A stretch of 64,000 nt of DNA from Candidatus Angelobacter sp. (lineage in GTDB: Bacteria > Acidobacteriota > Terriglobia > Terriglobales > Acidobacteriaceae): contig DASXGZ010000006.1 in the NCBI GenBank assembly GCA_036488825.1, forward strand, positions 1,463-65,462, given 5' to 3'. Each line of letters begins with the position of its first letter. Within the stretch, counting starts at the first letter, position 1. The translations under genes were made by a program, and so were the position numbers. The notes beneath the pieces are model-generated. The model was given only the letters and a program-made list of their open reading frames with translations. It was not told where the DNA came from and did no database searches. Of the stretch, positions 45,701 to 54,813 are shown one piece after another.

Positions 45701-46810
45701 TGAGGGATTCCAATTTGCGATCTGCACATCCCCCTGCGCTGTCCCACCAAGCAGCCGTGCTGTCAAATGAGAAAGCGCGATCTTTTCTTCACTGAAGGAA
45801 TAAGCTGAAGACACGTCAATGCCGGAAGTGCGTACTCCCACATCGCGCCACTCAAGATCGTGCACATTCATGTTTCCTTGTGAAGAATAGTGGTTGTTCT
45901 GGAAAGTGCCTGAGCCTTTAAGTTCAGCTCGGCCGGCACGAAGCTGCGCCACCTTCCCTTCTCTTCCTGCTTCTGCCAATTCCAGCGCGGCCTGGTATTG
46001 CAGCGTGATTTGCGGGTTGTTGTAGTCGCGGATCGTGCCGCTTGCCTCAAGCCGTGAGTTTTTTGTGGCCAGCTTCAATGACTTGATTTCAGTTTCCCGC
46101 GCTCTCATCAAAAAGCTGAGATGTACTTCCGCCTGAACTGGCACGGCGTTCCGGTATGCAATATTGAGCGGTGTTAGATCGAGATGGCCGTCATACGCCT
46201 GCTGACCAGCAACATAGCTCATACCGGCAGAAATTTCGTTTCCGGAAAGCTCAAAAGGGATCCGTTCCTGGTTGAGCATCAGCGTACCTTGATGTACCGC
46301 AATCTGCTTTACTGCAAGGTCAAAGAGATCGCGTACAGGAGCTTCATCGGTTTTTTCGGCCGCTGCCTGCGGTGAAGGCTGGTTGGTCGTCCCATTGGGA
46401 TAGACCATGAGGTGGAGGGTAAAACCATCAATGTTTACGTTTTCAAGTGAAATTTTTCGCGAAAAGAAAGAGATGATTCTTACATCGACACCAATACGGG
46501 CAGCATGCGCGTATGGAATTTCATTGGCCGCCTCCTTTCCGTGGATCGTGATATTGTGAGCTTCAAAATAGAGGGTGGCGAGCTTCCAGTCAAAAGATTC
46601 GATCTCAACCTTGCCGCCTGTCATCTGCCGCAGTTCTGCGATTACTCTTTCCCGGACGGTCTCACGGAAGGAACCACTGTTCAGATAAAAAGCCATGCCG
46701 GCCAGCAGCAACAGGAGCACCAACCCGCTAATGACAATCACGCGCTTGAGCATTTGTTTTTTCTGTATGCTGCCCGGAGGCGTGACATTAATTTCCGTCC
46801 TGGTGCTCAT
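42746..46810 (-). CDS. tamB: Translocation and assembly module protein TamB (DUF490 C-terminus)
   Basis: 1354 aa with an N-terminal anchor and a long beta-rich body. The C-terminus ...RVKIDPQFIGSENNPSARVTIEQQISNDITFTYVTSL...VQVEYNIDKNVSIVAVRDQNGVLGFDV is typical of TamB. Confidence 0.85.
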   Translation of the reverse strand: MSTRTEINVTPPGSIQKKQMLKRVIVISGLVLLLLLAGMAFYLNSGSFRETVRERVIAELRQMTGGKVEIESFDWKLATLYFEAHNITIHGKEAANEIPYAHAARIGVDVRIISFFSRKISLENVNIDGFTLHLMVYPNGTTNQPSPQAAAEKTDEAPVRDLFDLAVKQIAVHQGTLMLNQERIPFELSGNEISAGMSYVAGQQAYDGHLDLTPLNIAYRNAVPVQAEVHLSFLMRARETEIKSLKLATKNSRLEASGTIRDYNNPQITLQYQAALELAEAGREGKVAQLRAGRAELKGSGTFQNNHYSSQGNMNVHDLEWRDVGVRTSGIDVSSAYSFSEEKIALSHLTARLLGGTAQGDVQIANWNPSLHGKKMQVERGSTKLHLAGVQIHKVAAAISTSKMPLDKIEMTGNVSGDVSSSWAGSLKNAVSDLNLEVSPPPAPVSKEVPVTAQLQAIYHGDIRRLDVAGLTLATRNIRVSATGTLGSESALAKVSLNATDLRELQPALDALDPGTRLPLTLEGRSSFNGVVYGKLDALAARGHVELEKFDTEFHLARAQKGTAKPPRFHWDSLSADLIYSPTGVSLQRGTLRRGAAQLGFSASAGLRQGDFDENTSQLNITLHIQNEKVEDMQALAGTNFPITGTANADLNAMGTLRNLQGGGKLQIAKLTAYGEPFKTFSSDIRIHGSEAQLENIQLAHNGARLTGTAAYNMDNENYSFDVTGANIELGNFQIFELPRLSVQGQAGFHLAGTGSQEDVTALNGQIDLRNIVLNREMVGSMTIFAQTSGEDLTLRGRSNFENAELNLDGKVQLHADWPGQITLKFSHLDFDPLIRAYFQGEITGHSSMAGAIDIHGPMKQPHNLVIAGNVSQLSADVENVKLQNDGPIHFSLENESLKADEFHLLGTDTDLVARGAVQLTGNQALDLSSRGRFNLKLLQVFNPNLVAYGPATFTVNVAGNSNHPQLSGKLELTDAAVSLLDLPNGLSHINGSLTFAQDRMQIDKLTALTGGGELKVGGFLAYRSGLYFDLTASGSEIRLRYPPGVSSSADATLRYTGSAKSSLLSGDVVVNRFSMTQRFDFANYLAQSKKAPMIATLNPFLDNTRLDLHITSTPELRVETSLAKLSGDLDLHVRGTAARPAVVGRVNIAEGDIFFSGTKYRLERGDITFSNPLTIEPVVNLDMSARVQGYDITVGLHGQAVGGKGLSMTYRSDPPLDNSDIIALLAFGRTRSEGVYNASQPGTNTNDTASTSNAILGEALNSTFTDRVQRLFGASRVKIDPQFIGSENNPSARVTIEQQISNDITFTYVTSLTQSAETVIQVEYNIDKNVSIVAVRDQNGVLGFDVHIRRRKK

Positions 46811-47487
46811 GGTTCTGCCCCGACATTCGCAGGGGGCGTTTCAGGAAACATCCGTTCAATGTGGGCCTGAGTGCGCAAGGTTTTCAGCCAGTTCGTTAGA
46901 AGACTGTCGATCTGCTGCTCGGCCAGAATTTGCTCAATCTTGTCGGATACCTCGGCCAGCTTGGGTTCTGGAGCGTTGCGCTTGTGAACCTCGGGTAAAA
47001 AGCTCTTTTGATAGTAGTCCGCGATTGCATCTTTTTCCACGCGTACGATTCCGCGGAAACGCAGGTCAATAAATCGGAGAATGCGAGATTGTGCCGTGAG
47101 TTGGTCTTCCAAATCCTTTTCGGTGATCCCATAGCCAGCAAGAACCTCATTCCAGCCTTCGTCAGTGCGCGCCTGGGGCATGTCCGCGCGAACCTCTTTG
47201 ATTCTTGCCGCCAACTCTATGGGCGTGGGGGCAAGCAGGGCCGGATTTGCAATCTGCTGGTCAAGCAAGGCCCGGTCAATCAATCGCTCCAATACTGCAC
47301 TGCGATCTGCCGGGGACAGTTTCTCAATTGGCTTGCCTTGCAAAAGACATTCAACTCGCGCTGCCTGGTCCAGTTCGCTTTCCATGATGACCTGCTTGTT
47401 CACCACGGCAACCATTCGGTCCACCACCTGAGCATGACCTGCTCCGGCGAATAAGAGCACGATTGCGAAATGGAGGAGGGTTTTCAA
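46807..47487 (-). CDS. SurA N-terminal-domain periplasmic chaperone-like protein (no PPIase domain)
   Basis: Signal peptide KTLLHFAIVLLFAGAGHA, then VDRMVAVVNKQVIMESELDQ (SurA_N pattern). The TTG start overlaps the bamA stop (TTGA), and its own stop overlaps the tamB ATG (ATGA). Confidence 0.75.
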   Translation of the reverse strand: MKTLLHFAIVLLFAGAGHAQVVDRMVAVVNKQVIMESELDQAARVECLLQGKPIEKLSPADRSAVLERLIDRALLDQQIANPALLAPTPIELAARIKEVRADMPQARTDEGWNEVLAGYGITEKDLEDQLTAQSRILRFIDLRFRGIVRVEKDAIADYYQKSFLPEVHKRNAPEPKLAEVSDKIEQILAEQQIDSLLTNWLKTLRTQAHIERMFPETPPANVGAEP

Positions 47488-50400
47488 AACGTCTGGCCTA
47501 TATTGAAAAAGAAATTGAAATGTTTGAGCACCTGTGACGATGGGTTTGTTCCCGGGGGCGGTTGGGAGATCGGGAACGCCGGCGGATTGAGGTTGTAGCC
47601 CACATCAAAACTCACGGGACCAATCGGCGTACGGTAACGGGCGCCGGCCCCTACAGCGTGCGAAACATAGTTGAAGTTACAGCTTCCGGAAGATGGATTC
47701 AAACAGAGACTGCGGTCGGGCTGTGAAAATTTGAAAATGCTGTTGGCCATGTCACCCGCAGTCGCAAAAACATTACCCATATCATGAAACAGCACAGCGC
47801 TCAAATTGTTGCCCACGTATGGGAATGGCAGCGGCGGCGTACGCAATTCGAGGTTGTTCAGGAACATTGCTTCGCCCCCTAGAGGGAACCCGCTGGTGAG
47901 GTCACGCGGCCCCGCCTGGTTGATGCCAAAGCCGCGGTGAGATGTACTACCGCCGGCAAAGAAGCGCTCCGGTAGTGGGACGAAATCCGATGCAGCGAAT
48001 GGCTCTTCCACTCCGATACGCGTTGAGCGCGCGAATACCCAGCGCCGTTTATGAAATTGATAGTAGCTGGAATTTTGCACCACCAGACGCGAGAAGTTGG
48101 CCTGCGAACCGAAAACACCAGAAGCAACTCCAAGATCAAGAGTTGAAAAGGTGCCTTTCAGCGATTCAATAGGATTGTCGCGCGTATCACGGATATAGCT
48201 AAAGTCGGGCATGCCCACGCGCACTGCACGCGAAAACAAAGGCACCAGGTTGGGATCAATCACCAGATTGTCCGTACTCACCTGGCGATAGATCAAGCGG
48301 TAAAGCAACGTTGTCGCGCGATTAAGACTCTGCTTGATAGAAGCTGATCCCTCCAGGCGCGTAGAGGTAAACGTGCGCACATCATTGGTCTGCTGATAAA
48401 AAACCGTGAAGTCAAGCGTAAGATTTGGCGAATCGAACAAACGGGGCGCGCCGTAACCGATCAATGCCAATTTTTCCAGATTGCCGTACCGGGTCTTTAG
48501 CGTGAGAGTATGGTCGCGTCCGCGAAAATTCAGTCGCGTCACGTCAAAGGATACGCGACCGCTGACCCCGGTATCTCCCTGAGGGTTTGAAGTGCTACCG
48601 GCCGGCTGCCCAGTCTGCACCTCCAATCCCAAGCCGTAATTAAACGTATAGCGCCGGGCTTCAGAAAGCGCGAAATCTACCTTTTTGCTAGTTGTATCGC
48701 CTTCAGGGTTTTGCACGGCAACGCCTACTTCATTGAAAATGCCCATATCATAGAGCCGCCGCTGGGAATCGAGCATTTGGCTCTGGCTCAGGCGGTCGCC
48801 GCTGCCAATTTTGATTTCACGTTCCACTACGGACGGCCGCGTGTAATGCAGCCCGGCAATGAGCACTTTATCGACAAAAACCTGGGGCCCTTCGGCAATT
48901 TTGTAAGTAACATCGATCTTATTGGGGTTATCAGCCTCAGGCTGAGTGGTGTACTCGAACTTTACCTTGGGAAATCCAAGATTGTAATATTCGTCCAGAA
49001 TGACAGATTGATCGGAGATCACAATGGAATCAGAGTACGGCTGGCCTTCTGATGCTGTGACCATACCTCGAATCTGCCCTTCTGGAAGTGCTTCATTTCC
49101 TTCAATCAAGAGCTTTCCCACTACCGTTTGTGGCCCTTCAGTGATATTGATCGCTACTCGGATGTGGCCCTCTTTAACGTAATTGTCCTGGATCTCAGGA
49201 GTAACTTTGACTTGCAGAAAGCCGTTAGCACGGTACATATTTTCAATCGATTGCATGTCGCGCGCCAAAATGGACTGGCTGAACAGCCCGTACAGCAGTA
49301 AACCGCCCGCGGGCTGCATGGTGATTTGCTCGCGCAAATCTTCCGGCCGGAAATAGTGGTTACCCTGGATTTCCAATGCCACCAACTTATGCCGTTGTCC
49401 TCTATCGACGTGGAATATTATGTCGCGCCTCTCGGTCTTCGAGTCCTCTTTCTGCTCATAATTGATCTGCGCGTCAAAAAAACCCCTGGTCTGGAAATAG
49501 TCGCGTAGATTGCGCACGCCTTCATTCAAAAGGTCCTCATCCACTGCGCTCTCTTCAAAGACAGGGATGAGTTTTTTGACCAATCCACGACGCAGCTTGG
49601 CGCCTTCCAGTCGAACGTCCACCACTGGGCCACGATTGATCTCAAAGGTATAGTCCAGAAGATTGGTTTCAGAATGATAGTCGCGCCGGATCATGATGAC
49701 CTGGGCTTCCAGCCGTTCCTGCTTCTGATATCGCTTGCGCAGCCGCTGCAGCGCTCTCGTAAGCCGTGCTGCACTCACCTGCTCGCCGGACCGAAGTTTG
49801 GCGATGTTGCGGATATCTTCCGCGCTCTGCCCCGGTGATCCCATCACATTGACCACTCCTACGCGCGCGGCCTTGCCAGGATCAACCAAAAAACGGACTT
49901 TTACCTGCTGATTGCGCGAATCCCATTCATAGAAAGGTTTGATTGTGGCCTGATAAAAACCATTTTCCTGGAGCGTCCGCTGCATACCCTGAATGCCCGC
50001 GCTGATCTTTTCTTCGGTGAACTGCTCACCCAGGTTGAGTTTGCTGGAGTTCACCAACTGGTTGTCACCGGGATGGGCTGGGGCCCCTTCTACCAGGATT
50101 GAGCCAAAGAAATAGTTCTCCCGAGTACCGAACACCAGAACAACCTCTCCGCTGGGGGTACGCTGGGCTTCCACCTGAATCTCAGCAAAACGCCCAGTGT
50201 TATATAGGACCTGCACGGATTGCCTGACTTTATATTTGTCCAGGGGTTCATTCGCCTTCTGCGGAAGGACCGACAACAACGCTTGAGGATTATCAACGGC
50301 AGGGCTATTGATCTGAATGAGCGCTATTTTGAGTCCTTGCAGGCTATTCAAGCCGCCCGACAGAGGCATGCTGGCTGGATTGCCAACGGATGTCGAGGGT

Positions 50401-50633
50401 GAAGCGCTGGGAGCACTGGCCTGGCTGTCTGTCACCGAATCATGATTCTGCTGAATTTCGCTTGATAAAACTTGATGCTCTGGAAATTTTCCAACCGCAC
50501 ATAACAAGGGCATACAAACACTCAAGCACAGCACACTTGCCAGACACACTGATCGGCAGCGCGGCAAAAGAAGCCCCTTAATTGGAAATCGCTTTGTGTA
50601 GTTGGATGGCGGCAGATTGGACCTTAGTTGCAC
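47484..50633 (-). CDS. bamA: Outer membrane protein assembly factor BamA (multi-POTRA Omp85)
   Basis: POTRA repeats, a C-terminal Omp85 barrel (..VRGF-type motifs, terminal ...FFFNIGQTF) and an S/P/Q-rich N-terminal linker. Start is uncertain: GTG 50633 or TTG 50567. The track start at 50792 would overlap the divergent thiF-like gene. Confidence 0.85.
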   Translation of the reverse strand: MQLRSNLPPSNYTKRFPIKGLLLPRCRSVCLASVLCLSVCMPLLCAVGKFPEHQVLSSEIQQNHDSVTDSQASAPSASPSTSVGNPASMPLSGGLNSLQGLKIALIQINSPAVDNPQALLSVLPQKANEPLDKYKVRQSVQVLYNTGRFAEIQVEAQRTPSGEVVLVFGTRENYFFGSILVEGAPAHPGDNQLVNSSKLNLGEQFTEEKISAGIQGMQRTLQENGFYQATIKPFYEWDSRNQQVKVRFLVDPGKAARVGVVNVMGSPGQSAEDIRNIAKLRSGEQVSAARLTRALQRLRKRYQKQERLEAQVIMIRRDYHSETNLLDYTFEINRGPVVDVRLEGAKLRRGLVKKLIPVFEESAVDEDLLNEGVRNLRDYFQTRGFFDAQINYEQKEDSKTERRDIIFHVDRGQRHKLVALEIQGNHYFRPEDLREQITMQPAGGLLLYGLFSQSILARDMQSIENMYRANGFLQVKVTPEIQDNYVKEGHIRVAINITEGPQTVVGKLLIEGNEALPEGQIRGMVTASEGQPYSDSIVISDQSVILDEYYNLGFPKVKFEYTTQPEADNPNKIDVTYKIAEGPQVFVDKVLIAGLHYTRPSVVEREIKIGSGDRLSQSQMLDSQRRLYDMGIFNEVGVAVQNPEGDTTSKKVDFALSEARRYTFNYGLGLEVQTGQPAGSTSNPQGDTGVSGRVSFDVTRLNFRGRDHTLTLKTRYGNLEKLALIGYGAPRLFDSPNLTLDFTVFYQQTNDVRTFTSTRLEGSASIKQSLNRATTLLYRLIYRQVSTDNLVIDPNLVPLFSRAVRVGMPDFSYIRDTRDNPIESLKGTFSTLDLGVASGVFGSQANFSRLVVQNSSYYQFHKRRWVFARSTRIGVEEPFAASDFVPLPERFFAGGSTSHRGFGINQAGPRDLTSGFPLGGEAMFLNNLELRTPPLPFPYVGNNLSAVLFHDMGNVFATAGDMANSIFKFSQPDRSLCLNPSSGSCNFNYVSHAVGAGARYRTPIGPVSFDVGYNLNPPAFPISQPPPGTNPSSQVLKHFNFFFNIGQTF

Positions 50634-50716
50634 ATGTAAAGCTTTGCCAGCATTGTAAGCTGCCCGCGTTCTAACGCGTAACCCATTCTCCTGCAAACAC
50701 CTATAATAAATGTGCC

Positions 50717-51733
50717 ATGTACTTTGAGGATCGATACTCCCGCCAGATACTTTTTCCCGGGATCGGGCGGGACGGACAAGCGAGGCTGGCACTGGGCCGG
50801 GTGGCTATCGTAGGCTGTGGCGCCACTGGAGCATGCGTTTCCGGCCTGCTGGCGCGCGCAGGCGTGGGACAATTGCTGATCATCGATCGGGATTACGTGG
50901 AGCCCAGCAATCTGCAACGCCAGTCACTCTTTGATGAAGCCGATGCGGCTGAATCCGTTCCTAAAGCTGTGGCGGCAGCCCGCAAGATTGTGGGGTTTAA
51001 TTCTGAAGTTCACGCCAGGGCTGAGGTGGCTGACCTTACGCCGGAAAACATTGCTGCATTACTTGGTGACTCCGATTTGATATTGGACGCCACAGATAAC
51101 TTTGAAACCCGCTATCTGATCAATGATTTTGCCGTAAAAGAAAATAAACCATGGATTTACGCGGCCGCAGTGGCTGGTTACGCGGTGACCATGAATGTGG
51201 TTCCCGGTGAAACTGCCTGCCTGGCCTGCATGTTTCCTGCGCCTCCGGAAGGCTCCATGGAAACCTGTGACACTGCCGGTATTCTGAACAGCGCAGTCAA
51301 CCTGATTGGATCAATCCAGGTGACCGAAGCAATCAAGTTCCTGGTAGGGGCCAGAGACAAGCTGCGCCGGAGCCTGCTTTCCTTCGATGTCTGGAACAAC
51401 ACACAGGCGGAGATCGCTGCCGCAAAGCCCCGCTCCGGCTGCCAAACTTGTGAAAGGCGTGAATTCATCCATCTGGCAGGGGAGCGCCGGCCCCAGATCA
51501 CGCTCTGCGGCAGGAACTCTGTTCAGATCCATGAACGGAACCGTCCCGTGGATTTCGTGGAGATGTCCACGCGCCTGGGGCCGCATGGCACCGTCAAACA
51601 CAATGCTTTCGTGCTCAAATTCTGGCGCGATCCTTTTGAAATGACCCTTTTTCCTGACGGAAGGGCCATCATCAAAGGCACCAATGACGCTTCAGTGGCG
51701 CGTAGCCTTTATGCCAGATTTATCGGAAGTTAA
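50717..51733 (+). CDS. ThiF/MoeB/HesA-family E1-like adenylyltransferase with C-terminal extension
   Basis: YSRQILFPGIGRDGQARL...VAIVGCGATGACVSGLLARAGVGQLLIIDRDYVEPSNLQRQ, CLAC and CQTC zinc motifs. No ThiS/MoaD-like gene is adjacent. Confidence 0.8.
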   Translation: MYFEDRYSRQILFPGIGRDGQARLALGRVAIVGCGATGACVSGLLARAGVGQLLIIDRDYVEPSNLQRQSLFDEADAAESVPKAVAAARKIVGFNSEVHARAEVADLTPENIAALLGDSDLILDATDNFETRYLINDFAVKENKPWIYAAAVAGYAVTMNVVPGETACLACMFPAPPEGSMETCDTAGILNSAVNLIGSIQVTEAIKFLVGARDKLRRSLLSFDVWNNTQAEIAAAKPRSGCQTCERREFIHLAGERRPQITLCGRNSVQIHERNRPVDFVEMSTRLGPHGTVKHNAFVLKFWRDPFEMTLFPDGRAIIKGTNDASVARSLYARFIGS

Positions 51734-51824
51734 GCCACCTGCCGTGAGAACTGCTTCTCTGTAACTGGCATCCCCTGTTTACCAATAAGTAATCCAATAT
51801 TATGTAATACATCAGGGGTGAATT

Positions 51825-52712
51825 ATGCAGCGCAGAATCGTGCTTACAGCAGGGCTAATCGTGTTTTCAGCGATTTTTGCTCAGTGCCAAACCAGCAATC
51901 AATCTCCAGTTCCTGCGCCTTCTACAGTTCCTGTGGTTTCAAATGAACCTTTTGGCGGTCCAATCATCAGCACCCCAACCGCAACCTTTTACACCCCTCC
52001 TCCTACTGCCGGAATCAGTGACGCTGGGCGAGCAGGAATCAGCAGCGAAAACACTTCAATAATTCCACCGGGTGCGGCCATTGTCTCAACGGGCGGCACA
52101 ATGACTGGTACTACACCGAGCGGAATTTCATCTACCGAACCCGTTTCACCCGCAGAATCAGTGGAAACCGGACCGGCCAATGACTTGGGGCCATCAGTTT
52201 TTGTGGGTGAAAAGCCTGTAGGCACGGCGGGAGGGGTGAGCCTGGCGGAAATCTCCAGGCGCTTTAAAGCTGAAAAGGGAGCACAGACCGAAAGAGTTCT
52301 AAGCAATGAAGACGTACAGAAAATGTTAAGCCAGAATGGGGGCGTGACTATGGCTAAAAACATGCCGCCACTCGGAGCGGGCCCCCTGGAACAGAGCGGA
52401 CAGCAGCCCAATGCGGGATCCCAGCCTGCATCTTCGAAACCGATGCCTCAAAATAATCAGAATGCCTCTACGAACCAGCCGGGAACATCGGCCCAAACCG
52501 GAACGCAATCGCAATCAGGCGCTAACCAAAACCAGCCCGCATTAGGCGCCAGTGCTAACAATGCCACAACTCCGCAGATTCAAAATCAGCAGGCGAATGA
52601 CGCTCAGGGTAGCGGCCGTCTGCCAGCTACTGCCACATTCCTGCCTCTGATTGGATTGTTAGGGCTGGCGAGCGGAGCAATAGGGCTCTTGTTTCGGAAA
52701 TTCCGGAAGTAG
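51825..52712 (+). CDS. Secreted low-complexity S/T/P/G/Q/N-rich protein with tripartite C-terminal sorting signal
   Basis: Signal peptide MQRRIVLTAGLIVFSAIFAQC. The C-terminus is GRLPATAT-FLPLIGLLGLASGAIGLLF-RKFRK (motif, TM helix, basic tail). Confidence 0.7.
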   Translation: MQRRIVLTAGLIVFSAIFAQCQTSNQSPVPAPSTVPVVSNEPFGGPIISTPTATFYTPPPTAGISDAGRAGISSENTSIIPPGAAIVSTGGTMTGTTPSGISSTEPVSPAESVETGPANDLGPSVFVGEKPVGTAGGVSLAEISRRFKAEKGAQTERVLSNEDVQKMLSQNGGVTMAKNMPPLGAGPLEQSGQQPNAGSQPASSKPMPQNNQNASTNQPGTSAQTGTQSQSGANQNQPALGASANNATTPQIQNQQANDAQGSGRLPATATFLPLIGLLGLASGAIGLLFRKFRK

Positions 52713-52747
52713 GAACTTCCCCGCCGTGTACATCACGAAATTGTTGA

Positions 52748-53074
52748 TTACGAGGGTTGGCCTTCGGGAGCTGCAGGCGCTGCAGCTTCTTCCGCTTTAC
52801 CGTGATTGATTACGTCCTTTAACTCTTTGCTGGGCTTAAAGTAAGGAATCTTCTTGGCAGGCACTTCCACGCGTGCGCCTGTCTTGGGGTTGCGACCCAC
52901 ACGGGGCTTGCGTTGCCGTGTGCGGAAACTGCCAAAGCCGCGGATCTCAATCTTATCGCCGGACCGCAAAGAGCGGACGACGCTATCAAAAATCGTTTCC
53001 ACGATAATTTCGCTGTCCTTGCGCGTAAGCTCCGCCAGGCGAGAAACCTCTTCAATTAAATCAGCTTTGGTCAT
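52748..53074 (-). CDS. HU/IHF-family DNA-bending protein (IHF-beta-like)
   Basis: MTKADLIEEVS...IEIRGFGSFRTRQRKPRVGRNPKTGARVEVPAKKIPYFKPSKELK, starting at the internal ATG 53074. Confidence 0.85.
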   Translation of the reverse strand: MTKADLIEEVSRLAELTRKDSEIIVETIFDSVVRSLRSGDKIEIRGFGSFRTRQRKPRVGRNPKTGARVEVPAKKIPYFKPSKELKDVINHGKAEEAAAPAAPEGQPS

Positions 53075-53337
53075 GGTCTTTATTCCACCTGAAATAGGCC
53101 TTCTCGTCAAGAATCATTCACTTACGGCGATTCTACCTGTGTTTACCTTATTTTGCCGTATTTGGCAGTATTACTCTCGGGGACGCAGCAATCAACTGCT
53201 TGCTCGAACATCTTGGATGAAGCAGCACGGCTGGCAGATCATAAGGAATAGTCTTGTGGCACAGACGAGAGTGTGTTCAGTCTCATGACATCCTTTACCG
53301 AGAGTGCCTGTGCCACTCAAGCTAAAGCCGCTTAAGG

Positions 53338-54618
53338 CTAGACGAACTTGATCCGTTTCATCTTCCGTCCAACTTGAAGGGTAAATTCATTGTTTACAAA
53401 GATGCTCGCATCAAGCCGTGCATTAGATTCGCTCAACACTTTCCCATCTACCCTGACAGCATTCTGTTTGATCTTACGCGCAGCATCAGAAGTTGAATCA
53501 GCTAAACCGGAATCGGCAACGATTTTGTTCAGACGCACCACGGTGCCGTCGCGCTGGAGATCACTCAGCACCCAGGCTGGAGACATAAGATAACGCTCTA
53601 ATTGCATTTCTTGCATTTCCACATCTTCCGGCACTTCATCCTTCTGAAACTGTTTGGCCCAATTCTCATCCGCCGCCTTGGCTGCCTGCTCGCCATGAAA
53701 GTCCTGGACAATCCTTCGCGCCAGCGCCTTCTTTAGTTCCATGGGATGCTGCTTGCCAGAAGCGACATCGGTTTTCATCTGTTCGATCTCAGAAACTTTT
53801 ACATCCGTCAGCAATTCGTAGTACCGCCACATGATCGCGTCGGAAACGGACATCACCTTGCCGTAAATCTCCTGGGGAGGCTCGTTGATGCCGATGTAAT
53901 TTCCATACGACTTCGACATCTTCTGCACACCGTCCGTCCCTTCAAGGATCGGCATGGTCAGGATGATCTGCGGCGGCTGCCCAAAGTCTTTCTGCAGCAC
54001 GCGCCCCATCAGCAGGTTAAATTTCTGGTCCGTTCCACCCAGTTCCACATCGGCTTCCAGGGCCACCGAGTCATAGCCCTGGCAAATGGGATACAGGAGC
54101 TCATGCATGGCAATGGGCTTTTCTTCCTGAAACCGCTTGTGAAAGTCTTCCCTCTCCAGCATCTGTGAAACGGTAAATTTCGCCGTGAGCCGCACAAAAT
54201 CTTCCGGGGTAAGCGTTGAAAACCAGCGAGAGTTGAAATCGACTACAGTCTTCTGCGGATCAAGAATCTTGAAAACCTGCGCCTTGTAAGTTTCAGCATT
54301 GCGTTCAATATCAGTGCGCGTCAACGGTGGCCGCGTAACTGAGCGGCCCGTGGGATCGCCGATCATGCCAGTGAAGTCGCCGATCAGGAAGATTACGGTA
54401 TGTCCAAGGTCCTGAAAATGTTTCAGCTTGCGGATAAGGACGGTATGGCCCACGTGGAGGTCAGGGGCTGTGGGATCGAAGCCGGCTTTCACCCGCATGG
54501 GCTTGCCGGTCTTTAGAGAATTCTCCAGGCGCTCACGAAGCTCACGCTCATGGATAATTTCCGCCGCGCCCTTCTTGATGTATGCCAGTTGCTCGTCAAC
54601 AGGAGGAAAGTTTGCCAT
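53338..54618 (-). CDS. tyrS: Tyrosine--tRNA ligase
   Basis: HIGH-type motif [14 protein letters not shown] motif KMSKSYGN and a C-terminal S4-like domain. Confidence 0.92.
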   Translation of the reverse strand: MANFPPVDEQLAYIKKGAAEIIHERELRERLENSLKTGKPMRVKAGFDPTAPDLHVGHTVLIRKLKHFQDLGHTVIFLIGDFTGMIGDPTGRSVTRPPLTRTDIERNAETYKAQVFKILDPQKTVVDFNSRWFSTLTPEDFVRLTAKFTVSQMLEREDFHKRFQEEKPIAMHELLYPICQGYDSVALEADVELGGTDQKFNLLMGRVLQKDFGQPPQIILTMPILEGTDGVQKMSKSYGNYIGINEPPQEIYGKVMSVSDAIMWRYYELLTDVKVSEIEQMKTDVASGKQHPMELKKALARRIVQDFHGEQAAKAADENWAKQFQKDEVPEDVEMQEMQLERYLMSPAWVLSDLQRDGTVVRLNKIVADSGLADSTSDAARKIKQNAVRVDGKVLSESNARLDASIFVNNEFTLQVGRKMKRIKFV

Positions 54619-54690
54619 TAGAGTCGATTATAGAGAAAAGCCTTTCCCGAAAGACGTTTCTGAAATTTCCTGAGATACCAGAAAAGGCGT

Positions 54691-54790
54691 CGAATTTGGA
54701 ATTGGGTAAATTGGTAATTGAAAGCTGCAGTGGAAGGATTTTTTCCGGTCTTCAATTACCCATTTCCAAATGAATTACCAAATCCGCGAA
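54691..54790. repeat. Imperfect palindromic GGTAATTG/CAATTACC-rich intergenic element
   Basis: Left arm CGAATTTGGAATTGGGTAAATTGGTAATTGAAAG and right arm CTTCAATTACCCATTTCCAAATGAATTACCAAATCCGCGAA. It lies between the dut stop and the tyrS start. Confidence 0.65.
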
Positions 54791-54813
54791 ACCGCCTCTT
54801 CTGCTTCCAAAGA

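Noticed and set aside
50634-50792. Upstream 53-codon extension of bamA in the track (start 50792).
   Set aside because: It would overlap the divergent thiF-like gene by 76 nt, and its sequence is Arg-rich and not signal-peptide-like. Downstream GTG/TTG starts precede the hydrophobic signal sequence.
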